Shown piece after piece: positions 36,738 through 49,012 of a stretch of 64,000 nt of DNA. The DNA lies in NCBI GenBank assembly GCA_950097015.1, contig CATNEN010000038.1:16492001-16556000 (forward strand). The letters are read 5' to 3'. Positions within the stretch are counted from its first letter, which is position 1. Each line of letters opens with the position of its first letter. A program made the position numbers and the translations under genes. This DNA comes from Macrostomum hystrix. Taxonomy: Eukaryota > Animalia > Platyhelminthes. The notes under the pieces were generated by a model. The model ran no database searches, was not told where the DNA came from, and saw only the letters and a program-made list of their open reading frames with translations.

Positions 36738-37880
36738 TCACTTCTTGCTCAGGGTTACCAGACTGCTCTTGTAGCGACTGTAACTGCTGTGATTTGGCGG
36801 CTTCATCATGGCCTCCCTTGGCGGCACATCGTACTTGCTGTCAACCCTGGCTCGCTCCTCAACGTTGTACACCAGCTGTTCGCGCTTGTCCAGGTACAGG
36901 GCGTCGTCGTGCTCGAAGTTTGGGATCAGGCCGATTGCGGCGTTCTGTGTGATTTAGATTTAGTAAGAGCTACGGACTTACGACGGAGAGGTCTGAAGTT
37001 CGATCTTAGGTCTAACACGTTTTCCTCTCGCGCCAAGGTTCCTGAACTCTATTTCGCGGCAAGACTACATTCCTTTTTTGTGCATCCGCAAAGAGAAGTT
37101 TTGGGGGCTTGTCATACAGTTTACAACCTTGAGGGCCAACCTATAAAGTGCAGTGAGGGTGTACACTGCCTGACAATGAGAAAGTCAGGGCAGATGTACA
37201 CACCTGTTTGAGTGTGTGCGTGTGTTTGCTCAGAAGTCGGCAGAATTGCCTCAACGCTGGCTGCAGGTATTGTGTCACTAAATTATGTGCCATTGCCCGT
37301 AATAGTAATAGTATCTTGTGTCTGTCACTGGTTGTCTATGGTAATATGATCTTGTGTCTGTCACTGGCTGTCTATGGTAACATGATCTTGTGTCTGTCAC
37401 TGGTTGTCTATGGTAATATGATCGTGTCTCTGTCACTCTGACTGTCTATGGTAATAGTGTCTTGTATCTGTCACTCTGGCTGTCTATGATAATAGTGTCT
37501 TGTGTCTGTCACTCTGGCTGTCTATGATAATAGTGTCTTGTGTCTGTCACTCTGGCTGTCTATGATAATAGTATTTTGTGTCTGTCACTGTGCCTGTCCA
37601 TTGTGATCAGCCGTCAGCTCACCGTGTTAATAAGCTCTCGATTTGCCATATCCTGGCGCCATTCCGGAACGTACAGTCTGGGAATAACTGGATGAGCCTG
37701 CGAGTGCCACGGGATCCTGTGGCAGAATGTCACGAGTTTCATTACGATTGAAAGAGAAAAAAACGAATGAAAATGGAAGTTTATCATAGAAATACTGTAT
37801 TACGTATATAATTTATTGAATTACCTGACGTCATTCTGCTGCGCCCTTGAGTCGTATTGGCCAGACTTGTGTTGGGCCAT
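36738..37880 (-). CDS. TEX43: TEX43/SPMIP10-like small axonemal microtubule inner protein, 118 aa; exons 37880-37825, 37716-37623, 36944-36738
   Basis: Spliced product MAQHKSGQYDSRAQQNDVRIPWHSQAHPVIPRLYVPEWRQDMANRELINTNAAIGLIPNFEHDDALYLDKREQLVYNVEERARVDSKYDVPPREAMMKPPNHSSYSRYKSSLVTLSKK. Collinear with recalled TEX43 motifs IPRRYVMPWKENM, DSLFL..ERL and HSPLSRYQS. Confidence 0.78.
37085..37265. repeat. Dispersed hairpin repeat family copy (TEX43-like intron 2)
   Basis: Aligns over ~180 bp with 41825-42035; hairpin at 37159-37201. Confidence 0.8.
37300..37600. repeat. 36-38-bp minisatellite (GTGTCTGTCACTCTGGCTGTCTATGATAATAGTGTCTT)
   Basis: About 8 tandem units in the TEX43-like intron 2. Confidence 0.92.
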
Positions 37881-38059
37881 GTTTACTATGGGATCTATAA
37901 ACTTATTCTAACCGTAATAGAAAAATTCAGCGGTAAGCTGAATTGATTTCTCGTAAAGGTTCTTAATAACTTAAAAAAGTGTTGGAATATACAAAATTTT
38001 AGTATATTAATATGTATGCCTGTATGCTAGCTCACAGCAGGTGTATTTCATTCTTTCTG

Positions 38060-38073
38060 GTTGCTATGGTCAC
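38060..38073. promoter_or_regulatory. Candidate RFX X-box GTTGCTATGGTCAC upstream of the TEX43-like gene
   Basis: One mismatch to GTYNCY-AT-RGNAAC, 180 bp upstream of the ATG of a predicted axonemal gene. Confidence 0.55.
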
Positions 38074-39169
38074 TAACTGTACTAGGGGGGAGAGATGTGT
38101 GGGAAGGAAAATAAAAAAATAATGTTAACCCTAGGCCTGAACAGTTTTAAAGACGTGTACAGGCTTATGGAGTACACTTTTGTATTGTGGAGCATTCATT
38201 GCTTGTCCAGCTAAAACTGTACAGTATTGGCTTGAATATGCAATAATTCTCAGCCACGACTATAACTTTTCAGTTAAGACTAGCCGAAACACACTACTTA
38301 CTATGAAACATTGTAAGTATAGCGTTATTTGAACGTGCATTAACATTTTCTTGAAATGCTGAAGTACTTTTAGGTTCTAGAAGAAGTCTATGTAATTTTT
38401 TGTAATTTTTGGTTACGTGATTTCTAGGAATTAGTTTTCGTAATGCAGATTTCTATTTGGTAGTTTTTGTTAGGAAAGAATTTTGACGACTTAATGATTT
38501 TTTAGGATCTACGCTCGAAAGTTTGCCAATTTTCATATAATATTCAAGTTAGATTTGGATCGATCTATTAAAAGTAATAGAAGGCATTAAGTTTCAAGTT
38601 AATTTTATTTCTCCTTGATGTATTTTTATTTTTATTTGACTGCATGCGAACTAAATTACAGGTCAGTAGTTTCTAGAGCGTGCAAGCAACCATGATAATT
38701 TCTTATCAAAAGTAATCATAGAAAATCATTAAAATCATACAGGAATTGCAATTCGCAATTTGCGTGATCTAAACTAATGTTAAATTGCTTTAAAACATTG
38801 GTTTTTGTAATATAGGGTGATTTCTAGCTACCAGAAAATAAAGGTATTTCGTGCATTGTTCGTCACAATAAACAATAATTTCAATACGCTGTTGATTCAA
38901 CTCGAAAATTTGATTGGCCGAAATAGTTTTAAAAACTATTTTAAAGACTGTTGCTATTTTTAGAAAAGCTTGGGAAAGCCCACAAATTTAGCCCACCTAA
39001 AACCTTGGCCACGTGACCGATATCTCAGCCAATAAAATTTCGAGGGATGTCCGCGTCTGAACCTATTTAAATAGTCCTCGCAAGAGCGCAGTGTTTGAAA
39101 ACCGTACGAGTAGAATAAAACTGTAAAAAGCAGTCCTTTGGAGTGTGACAAGCGGGTTTTTTGCATTGT

Positions 39170-42100
39170 TCAGCCTCGCCTATAGAATAGCCAGTCGGTT
39201 GGTATCTGCTTGTGCTTCTGGGGCACGCAGGTAGGACTGCCTGGAGGACTCCAGCGACCGTTCAGACAGATTGCGTGGGTGTGACCGCGGAGTACGTAGC
39301 CCTTCTGGGTGCACTCAAACTTGACTAGCTCCTCATTGTCCGACAGCGTCTCCTTGCGAGTCCACGGATTCTTTTGGCCCTCCGGACCAATTAGCCATTT
39401 AGCGACACCTGGGACGGCGTCGATCCAGTTGCAACGTTCTGGAATGAAATTTTTCTTTTTGCCACTGCCTGTCAGATAATAATAGGCCTCTGTCTGTAGG
39501 ATCATGTAGAATGAAATCCAAACCTGCGGGATCATGGAGGGTAGAAACCTGTACTGTGGGAAAATTTAGGATAGAATCCTATCCTGTGGGATCATGGAGG
39601 GAAGAATCCCATACTGTGGGATCATGCAGGAGGGTAGAATCCCATCCTGTGGGATCATGAAGGGTAGAATCTTATACTGTGGCATCATAGAGGGTAGAAT
39701 CCCATCCTGTGGGATCAATTTAAACCTAACAATACAATTATTATATGTAGAATAAAATAGAATAGAATAGAATAAAAGAAGATCAATAAGTCTCACTCTT
39801 TGAGCACACTGGCAGAGTGCCTGTCCACTTTCCGTAGCGACAGGTGAGAACTCCGCCAGCTAAGAGCTCATAGCCAATGTAGCAGCTGTACTCGGCCCTG
39901 TCATTGTGCCGGGTACTATAGAATCTGGCGATGCCGTTCCGGACTATTGGCGGTCTGTCATTGCAGTCTCCTGCGAAAAAAGCAATTGTTTAACAAAATT
40001 CTTTCCTTCGTTCATCCTTAATTTAACAGTAGGAAGACCTATTCGAAATTTAGATAATTGAGGGTGGATGTGGCGTCCCCCCAGTCCATGGACTGAATCT
40101 GGTACAATTTGGGCAATTTTTATAATGTAGGATTCTAGACTCACTCGGAATGCACTCAGGTATCTTAGTCCAGGACCCGTTGTCGCATCTAGGAAAGTAC
40201 ACAGTCTTGAGCTGATAATCTTCGCGGCACTGCACATGCAGTGTGGTGTCCGATGGCACCTTGCCTTTCGCCTCGGGTCCGCCCACGCGTCCAATCAGGA
40301 CTCGAGCATTGGGAATTGTCGGCGGCTCGCAATGCTTCCTGCATCTCGGCGGCGCCGGCAGCCATTGTCCGGAGTTCTGGCAGACAATCCGGCCCCCATT
40401 TTCGCCTTCGAATTTCGTGTCCTCCATGCAGGTGTAGAGAACGCTGGCTCCGAAGGTTGTGCTAGTAAACAATGGCCGGAGGGCGTTGGGGACAAATGGC
40501 GGCGGGCCGCAGTCCTGGATGCTGCAGGTGGGGTCGATGCCGTCCCAGCTGCCGTCGCGACGACACAGGCGCTTGTTGGGGCCGTTCAAGCGGTAGCCGG
40601 CGTTGCAGAAGTACTCTACAACGCTGTTCACGGTGTTGCGACCGGCTTTTGTGTAGCCGTGCTCAGGATTGCTCAAAGCTGGACAGCGAACCGCTGTTGG
40701 AATTGAGAATCGATCAAGTGGAGAAAGTCCATATTCTTCGCAGATTAAAAGACGGGATGAACTATAAGACGATATATGAGACACTGGAGAGATGAGACAG
40801 AGGGAGATGAGACAGGGGGAGATGAGACAGGGGGAGATGAAACAGGGGGAGATGAAACAGGGGGAGATGAAACAGGGGGAGATGAAACAGGGGGAGATAA
40901 AACAGGGGGAGATGAGACAGGGGGAGATGAAACAGGGGGAGATGAGACACGGGAGAGATGAGACAGGGGGAGATGAGACACTGGAGGTATGAGATATGGG
41001 AGAGATGAAACAAGGGGAGATGAGACACGGAAGAGGTGAGACAGAGACAGGGGGAGATGAGACACGGGAGAGATGAGACACTGGAGAGATGAGACAGGGG
41101 GAGATGTAACAGGGGGAGATGAGACACGGGAGAGATGAAACAGGGGGAGATGAGACACTGGAGAGATGAGACAGGGGGAGATGAGACACTGGAGAGATGA
41201 AACAGGGGGAGATGAGACACTGGAGAGATGAAACAGGGGGAGATCAGACACGGGAGAGATGAAACAGGGGGAGATGAGACACTTGGGATTTAAACATAAG
41301 ATGAGATGAGAAAATTGAGTGACTACTTTCTGCAAGGTGAAATTTCATAAATCTAGGAAATTTCTAGCTGTCGCAGTTCACGCCAGTCCGCTCTCAATTC
41401 AGAATGCCCGTTAGCATGCAGAAATGTATTAATTTCTACTCAGCTTACGATTGCAGCTCGGCAGAAATCCGGACCAACGGCCTGTAGCTTCGCAAGTTCG
41501 AACCTGGCCTAAAAGAAGACAGAAAAGTAACAATTTTTGATACACTCTTTAGGCTTTAGTCAATTAAAATAAGGGATCGATTGCTATCTGTCGCTTACAC
41601 GCTGTAGAACCATCAGCGCATTCAATCCTGTAGCCTTCGTTGCAAAAATAGGACACCTTCTTACCGAAGGTGTAGTTCCTGTTCAGGTGTCGACCGTTGA
41701 CTGGTGTGCCCGGGTCGCCACAATCGACCACTGCGTTTAATATTTTAATAATTTTTTTTTTAAATTCATTGAAGATTTGAGGAGAAAGCTTGTAGCCTAG
41801 GGATTAGAACTTCGCGGAGCCGCGGCGCTGCCGCGGAGAGAAGGCTTGAGGGTTTGTCGTGCAATTTACGCCCTTGAGGGTCAACCTCCAAGTCACAGTG
41901 AAATGTACACTGCCGGACGATCAGAAAGTCCGTGCAGTTGTACACACCTGTGTGAGTGTGTGCCTGCGTACAGTATCTGTGTGCGTGTGTGCTCAGGAGT
42001 CAGTGAAACGGGCAGAATTGCCTCCTCGCTGTAGCATCGCTCTATTATTACTATTATTTTATTACTATAACATATAGTAGCCTACAAGAGCAGGCCAGAC

Positions 42101-44947
42101 TGCGCAGACTCCATTCGCCGTCGGCGCAGGTTGCTGTCGCACTGAGGCCCGGAGCGCTTGCTGTGAATCCGGGCGCGCAGCTGTAGCTTACAGTGTCGCC
42201 AGCTGCGTAGCGCCTTCTCGGATCTGGCATCGGGTCAATGACGGTGTGCGGTAGAGCCTTCGGCGGATCGCAGGTAGCACTGCCTGAAGAATATCAGTTG
42301 AAATTGGCGTCACTATAGCGATAGATGAGACGGCAGACGGCAGACACGGCAGAGATGAGACACGGGAGAGATGAGACACAGGAGAGATGAGACACTGGAG
42401 AGATGAGACACGGGAGAGATGAGACACGGGAGAGATGAGACACGGGAGAGACGAAACGCGGGAGAGATGAGACCCAGGATAGATAAGACACGGGAGATAT
42501 GAGACACGGCAGAGATGAGACACTGGAGAGATGAGACACTGGAGAGATGAGACACTGGAGAGATGAGACACGGGAGAGATGAGACACGGGAGAGATGAGA
42601 CACAGGAGAGACGAAACGCGGGAGAGATGAGACAGAGGATAGATAAGACACGGGAGATATGAGACACGGCAGAGATGAGACACGGGAGAGATGAGACACT
42701 GGAGAGATGAGACACTGGAGGGATGAGACACTGGAGAGATGAGACACGGGAGAGATGAGACACTGGAGAGATGAGACACTGGAGAGATGAGACACTGGAG
42801 AGATGAGACACGGGAGAGATGAGACACTGAAGAGATGAGACACTGGAGAGATGAGACCCGGGATTTGAGACACGGGAGAGATGAGACAAATTATAGGCGT
42901 ACAGCTAGATAATTGTACAACAGAGCAGCGAACCTTTGGCATCAGAGACGCAGCGTCCCAGTTGATCTTCGGACACGTTCCATTCAAGATTGGCATGGCA
43001 TGTGGCAGAGGAGATGCCAATCAGACTGTAACCTGGCTGACAAGTGTAGGTCACAGTCTGACCAGCTTCATTCTCGTTCAATTCAGGTCTGGCCTTATTC
43101 TTTCTAGCATTCGGTTTTTCGGCTAGCGTTTTGCACGGATCGCCTGTAATTTAAGGCAGGCGAATCTTATTATGCAATTGACAAACTTTTGAAGTTAGCT
43201 ATAAATAAACTGGGAATTCAATAGCCAACAAATCGGTAGATTCTGACCTCGCCGAACGCACACAGAGCCGCAGAGCTCCTCGTCGCAGATGCAGCGCAGC
43301 GACTTATTCCTGATTGTGCAGTCGTACTCGCTGCTACAAGACAGGGTCGGGCAGCCTGAGAGAAACGCGTTCGGCCTTCGACTGCACTCGCTAGAGGACT
43401 GCGGAGCGGCTGAAATATGAAATACGCTGCCTATATGGCTGTTGTTGGCTTTCAACTCAAGGTGAGAGCGACTGTCTAGGGTTGCTTGGAAGTGTGTACT
43501 TTCGGGGTGAGAGTTTTTGTCTAGGGTTGCTTGGAAGTGTGTACTTTCGGGGTGAGAGTTTTTGTCTAGGGTTGCTTGGAAGTGTGTACTTTCGGGGTGA
43601 GAGTTTTTGTCTAGGGTTGCTTGGAAGTGTGTACTTTCGGGGTGAGAGCGACTGTCTAGGCTTGGTTGGGAGTGTGCCCTTTTGAGGTAAGAGCGACTGT
43701 CCAGGGTTGCCCGAAGTTATGCAAACATAAGGGTAAAAGTGGCCTTTTCTGATTGGCTGGGACTATGCGTTCACAAAGGTGAGAGCGACGGCCGGTCTAT
43801 GGTTGACTGGACGTGTATGTACATTGGGGTCAGTGCGACAGTCTAGTTTTATTTAGAAGCGTTTACTTTTGGGGTGAAAGTGACTGTCTAGAGTTGCTCG
43901 TGAGTCTGCATACAATTGGGTAAGAGCAGATTCATGTTTAGGGTTGGATGGATTTGTAAGTACATCAGGATGATAGTATCTGAACGCACTATTCAAATAA
44001 TAGTCGTTTCGGACATTGCGCGAAAATCTTCGACCCGTTTCCGACGACACAGCCGAGACCAGAGAGGACGCTAAAAATAAATATAATTAATTTGAAATTT
44101 ATCGCTTTTTACATGTTTACTTTGCCTTGCTTTAATGGTTTAAGTACAAGTACGTTCCTGAAAAAACGGAATAAACACAAATTTTTCCTCTATAAAGACC
44201 ATTGTGTTACTGGAGCTGCAATGTATCTCATCTAAATTAGTCCTATTATCTGAGGGCAATAGATTATAAATTATAGATACTTGGATTCTGCTTTGATTCT
44301 TCTAGCTAATAATCCTGCTTCGAATCCAGCTACTAGTCTTGCTTCGATTCTGGCTACTGATCCTGCTTCGATTCCGGCTACTAATCTTGCTTCGATTCCG
44401 GCTGCTGATCCTGCTTCGATTCTGGCTACTGATCCTGCTTTGATTCTGGCTAACAATATTGCTTCGATTCTGGCTACTGATCCTGCTTCGATTCCGGCTA
44501 CTAATCTTGCTTCGATTCCGGCTGCTGATCCTGCTTCGATTCTGGCTACTGATCCTGCTTTGATTCTGGCTAACAATATTGCTTCGATTCTGGCTACTGA
44601 TCCTGCTTCGATTCCGGCTACTAATCTTGCTTCGATTCCGGCTGCTGATCCTGCTTCGATTCTGGCTACTGATCCTGCTTTGATTCTGGCTAACAATATT
44701 GCTTCGATTTTGGCTACTAATCCTGCTTCGATTCCAGCTACTGATCTCTTCTTGAGGCTGCCTTTCTCAGGCACTTTCGGGTGCCTAAAGATAGTTTCAA
44801 AATTTACCTTGATCATAGCTCGTACTATTATAACTCTTCGAGTGAACGGTGCATATGCTCACATGGATTCAGTGGGCTCAACGCTTCAATCGACCAGAGT
44901 AGCGTCGCCAAGCAATGGACCAGTGCTGCACTTCGCGCTTCAACCAT
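39170..44947 (-). CDS. lev-9: Secreted WAP + 8 CCP/Sushi protein, LEV-9/Hasp-like; exons 44947-44863, 44070-43990, 43409-43248, 43143-42934, 42283-42086, 41730-41599, 41508-41449, 40693-40145, 39970-39797, ~39438-39170
   Basis: Signal-peptide-like first exon (MVEARSAALVHCLATLLWSIEALS), Cys-rich WAP-like exon (CSSEYDC..RCICDEELCGSVC), eight C..C..W..C modules, phase-1 GT-AG junctions. Architecture matches C. elegans LEV-9. The first two exons and last acceptor are less certain. Confidence 0.8.
39520..39720. repeat. ~30-bp intronic tandem repeat (GGGATCATGGAGGGTAGAATCCCATCCTGT)
   Basis: About 6 units. Confidence 0.85.
40775..41285. repeat. 15/16-bp GAGATGAGACA minisatellite in a lev-9-like intron
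   Basis: Tandem GGGGAGATGA(G/A)ACAG and GGAGAGATGAGACAC units; same motif as inside the hAT MITE. Confidence 0.95.
41804..42044 (-). mobile_element. Best-preserved copy of the dispersed hairpin repeat; possibly a non-autonomous Helitron-like element
   Basis: Homologous to the 37.1 and 28.4 kb copies. On the minus strand it ends in a GC palindrome CCGCGGCAGCGCCGCGG followed by ...GTTCTAA|T, resembling the Helitron hairpin + CTRR terminus. Class is inferred. Confidence 0.5.
42320..42890. repeat. 16-bp GGAGAGATGAGACAC(G/T) minisatellite in a lev-9-like intron
   Basis: About 35 units including a larger internal block duplication. Confidence 0.95.
43460..43720. repeat. 45-bp intronic tandem repeat
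   Basis: GGTGAGAGTTTTTGTCTAGGGTTGCTTGGAAGTGTGTACTTTCGG x ~5, decaying toward 43950. Confidence 0.92.
44280..44745. repeat. 120-bp higher-order repeat built from five 24-bp subunits
   Basis: Blocks starting at 44341, 44461 and 44581 are identical; subunit GCTTCGATTCTGGCTACTGATCCT. Confidence 0.95.
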
Positions 44948-45859
44948 GACCGACCAAAATGGTCTAGTCTGACTCAGTTTGGTTGCTGCTGCAGAAAATG
45001 TGGATTTTCGCTTCGCTTATCATGGAGTTTCAATGGAAATGTTTCTGAATCATCGCCCTTTTATGAGTTTTTTTTGCATTCTTTCCCTACTAGCCGAATC
45101 AACCAATCAAAGAAGCCTATAATGAGAGATTATATCGGAGATGGGCGCAGTTTAATCTCTGAAGCAGTGAAATTTAAATTTCGCCTACGTAGAGGATAAT
45201 GTAAAAATCCCTATTAATCCCCAAGCATCGATTTTACTTTGTCTTTCTCCTCTCCCCAAAAAGTAAAAGCTTATACAATGAATTTCGCAGTTCAAATTCA
45301 GAGATTAAGAATGAAACTCTGAATTGATTGAAACTTTATTATGACCGTAAAAGAAATAATATTTAACTACGAGAGTACCGACTTAAATGACCGAACTTCA
45401 GTAACTAGCTGCACTGGCTGTATCGATTGGGTTTGTTTTACCGGCCCCATAAAGTTTAAAGTTGTTTAATTGCGACCGTGAAAATTTCGCATCGCAATTA
45501 TAAAGGAATAAAATAGAAAATTTGGAAATCTTCCATGTAGAAGAAGCAAGTTTGGTGGGATAAAATGAAAAGGAAGAAGACAGAATACAGAAAGAAAAGA
45601 TAGAACTTTCGTGCAGGTGCAAATTATCAAACAAGCGATGCAAAAGCGATTGCTTTTACATTAAGTATTAAGCCAAGGGGTTAGCTAGCTATATCGCTGC
45701 ATATTATATTTTTTTATTCCCATTAGTCAGTTCAAACGAAGCATTTTTGCACTGTAGAAGATTAATGAAGTGTTCTGCTGCATCGAAATGACGTTTTATT
45801 GCATATTTTTCTCGCACACCTGTGCAAGAAACGCCCATCGAAACACCCTTTGAAATAAT

Positions 45860-47145
45860 AAGATGCCTGTTGAAAAAATTGAGACCTACAGGAAAGATGT
45901 GATACCTGTTGGAAAGACGAGATACCTGTTAGAAAGATTAGATACCTGTTGGAAATATGCAATACCTGTTGGAAATATGAGATACCTTTTGGAAAGATGA
46001 TCGATATGCCTGTTGGAAAAATGAGATGCTTCATGGAAAGAGTAGATACTTGTTGGAAAGGTAGATGCCTTTTGGAAAGAGCATATGCCTGTTAGAAAGA
46101 TTAGATACCTGTTGGAAAGAGTAGATACCTGTTGGAAAGAGTAGATACCTGTTGGAAAGAGTAGATACCTGTTGGAAAGATTAGATACCTGTTGGAAAGA
46201 TGAGATGACTATTGGGAAGATGAGATGCCTGTTGGACAGATGAGATGCCTGTTGGAAAGAGTAGATACCTGTTGGAAAGATTAGATACCTGTTGGAAAGA
46301 GTAGATACCTGTTGGAAAGATTAGATACCTGTTGGAAAGATTAGATACCTGTTGGAAAGAGTAGATACCTGTTGGAAAGAGTAGATACCTGTTGGAAAGA
46401 GTAGATACCTGTTGGAAAGATTAGATACCTGTTGGAAAGATGAGATGACTATTGGGAAGATGAGATGCCTGTTGGACAGATGAGATGCCTGTTGGAAAGA
46501 TGAGATACCTGTTGGAAAGATGAGATGACTATTGGGAAGATGAGATGCCTGTTGGACAGATGAGATGCCTGTTGGAAAGATGAGATACCTGTTAGAAAGA
46601 TGAGATGACTATTGGGAAGATGAGATGCCTGTTGGACAGATGAGATGCCTGTTGGAAAGATGAGATACCTGTTGGAAAGTTTATATACCTGTTAGAAAGA
46701 GTAGATACCTGTTGAAAAGATGAGATGCCTGTTGGAAAGATTAGATACCTGTTGGAAAGAGTAGAGACCTGTTGGAAAGAGCAGATACCTGTTGGAAAGA
46801 GCAGATACCTGTTATAAAGAGTAGATACCTGTTAGAAAGAGTAGATATACCTGTTAGAAAGAGTAGATACCTGTTAGAAAGTTTATATACCTGTTAGAAA
46901 GAGTAGATACCTGTTAGAAAGAGTAGATACCTGTTAGAAAGAGTAGATATACCTGTTAGAAAGAGTAGATACCTGTTAGAAAGAGTAGATACCTGTTGGA
47001 AAGAGTAGATATACCTGTTAGAAAGAGTAGATATACCTGTTAGAAAGAGTAGATACCTGTTATAAAGAGTAGATACCTGTTATAAAGAGTAGATACCTGT
47101 TAGAAAGAGTAGATACCTTTGGGAAGATGAGATGCCTGTTGAAAA
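45860..47145. repeat. 20-bp minisatellite (GATACCTGTTGGAAAGAGTA) with 80-bp higher-order blocks
   Basis: About 60 units; a 4-unit block repeats at 46441-46680. Confidence 0.96.
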
Positions 47146-48454
47146 TATCATGTCAGTTGGAATATTGAAATGCCTGTTATGCATGTTCAGTGAATACATT
47201 AACAGGGGATGACAAGAGCTGAGGTCACGTGACGGTCCTAACGAGAATTACTTAATTTGAGAAGATTGGAGCGAAACCCATTGACATTTAAGTTTCCTTT
47301 CCAGCTTAACTAACAATCGCTTCAATAAAATGGAAGTTATATAGTTAAGTATAGCAAAATGAAAATGAATTTTTTTTAATGATTAAAAAGGCGGCTTACC
47401 AAGCTAGATCACTAGACGACTTAATCGACTGTCTCATTTATAAGCGAGCATTACACTTACGTACGAATATGTTCTATAGTATAGTGACGATGAGACACAC
47501 CTTCACACTAACAGCTAGTATAGCTATATAGGCTTCTGTGAAAAAGCTTTTACAGAAACTCCGCACGTACACACATACACACACACATACACGCATGCCA
47601 AGTTTGCTTGAGTTAATGGCAGCTTCCACTGCTCCTTTGTGCTCTCGCTCTCTCACTCTCACAACTCCACTCTCTCAATTCTAATTCTGTTTGTTTTCTT
47701 ACAGTTTTTTTCTGCTTTCTTCTTTTTATTTTCTTCTCTTTTCTATTTTTGCTGGCATTTTTCTTGGCAGCTTGTCATCAAGTTGAAGACGTCTAATCGT
47801 GAGAGAGAGAGGGGGTCTCTACCAAGCAGCCATGCAAGCAGCTTGTTAATGAGGCCGCTAAAAAGGTCTCTATATAGGCAGCAGCAGCAGCAGCAGCAGA
47901 GGCACTTACCACAAGAGGCGTGTAAGAGGCGCTGATTGCGAAGTCTTTTGTTCAATTAAAGTGTGGGGTGCGTGTTCGTGCAATTTAAGAAGCCTTTGCC
48001 TGCCATCTTTGCAGTGCACACCAGAGAATTTCTAATTGAGCTGCAAGCTTTGTCACACAGTTCATACCAGCTTCATTAATTATAGCATCCTAATTTTCTT
48101 TGATAAAAAAGATACTCCTGTCAAAGACAACGCAATGTTACCGAAGGTCCTGATTTTCTAAACTTCATTCTGAAACTATACTAGCAGTAGCCTGCAGCGT
48201 AGTTGTGCTCCTACTTGTACATTTGTATAAAAATACTAACCTTATCTAATTAATAATTTATACTAAGAAATCTTATCTAACGAATAATGATTGGATTTAG
48301 AAGATACGATAATCAATACGATAGACAAATGGATTTAGTCTTTCAAGTTCGCCATTTAACGCTCTCCACACCAGGATTTCGATAGATCGTCACACCTCTC
48401 CTCCAAGTTCTTCTCCCCTAAATCCTCTCCTACCCAATCTTCTCTCCCAGATTC

Positions 48455-49012
48455 CATTTGCTAACCGGACATTTGCTAGCCGACTTTTTCTAGCCGACGT
48501 TTGCTAGCCGAACTTGCTAGCCGATGACGAAGGTTGCTAGCTGCATTAGCTGCATATTCCCGATTCCATTTTCAGATTAGGTTCGGTACTTTCCATTTTG
48601 TCGCGACTTTCTGTTTTTAGAATCGGTTCTGAAACCCATTTTAATTGTTACGGTGTCTTTTTGTTTCGTTCTCACATTACTGTGAAAACAAGCTAACACA
48701 TTTAAAATTGTAATGGATTGCATTGAGCATTTTCATTTCATCGAAGCTTTTATTTCTGTTTTGAGACTTCACTCATGTCATTTCTAAAAGCATTTTACTG
48801 TTACAAGTTTCAAATACGCTTTTCATTTTCCTACCGATTCTGGTTCTGGAATTGGAATTTGAATTGGACACATAGGTTACCAATGATGCCAACAACTTCC
48901 CTTCTTAAAAGAAACTGGGCTGATAGCTCTTATCAAACGTCGCGGCCAGCAAACGTCGGCTATAGCCAATTTCCGGCTAGCAAATTTCCGGCTAGCAAAC
49001 GTTCATATACCC
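48455..49012. mobile_element. Probable non-autonomous TIR element with subterminal TTTGCTAGCCG repeats
   Basis: Left TTTGCTAGCCG repeats mirror right CGGCTAGCAAA repeats; interrupts a TCCTCTCC-rich tract; TSD not resolved. Confidence 0.6.

Noticed and set aside
40745-43020. Long [13 protein letters not shown] ORFs in several frames
   Set aside because: Artefacts of the 15/16-bp intronic arrays; only the Sushi-coding part of 40050..41189 is a real exon.
44271-44949. Overlapping ORFs on both strands (ASILATDP / ARIEAG repeats)
   Set aside because: Produced by the 120-bp higher-order repeat in a predicted intron; no ATG start or splice support.
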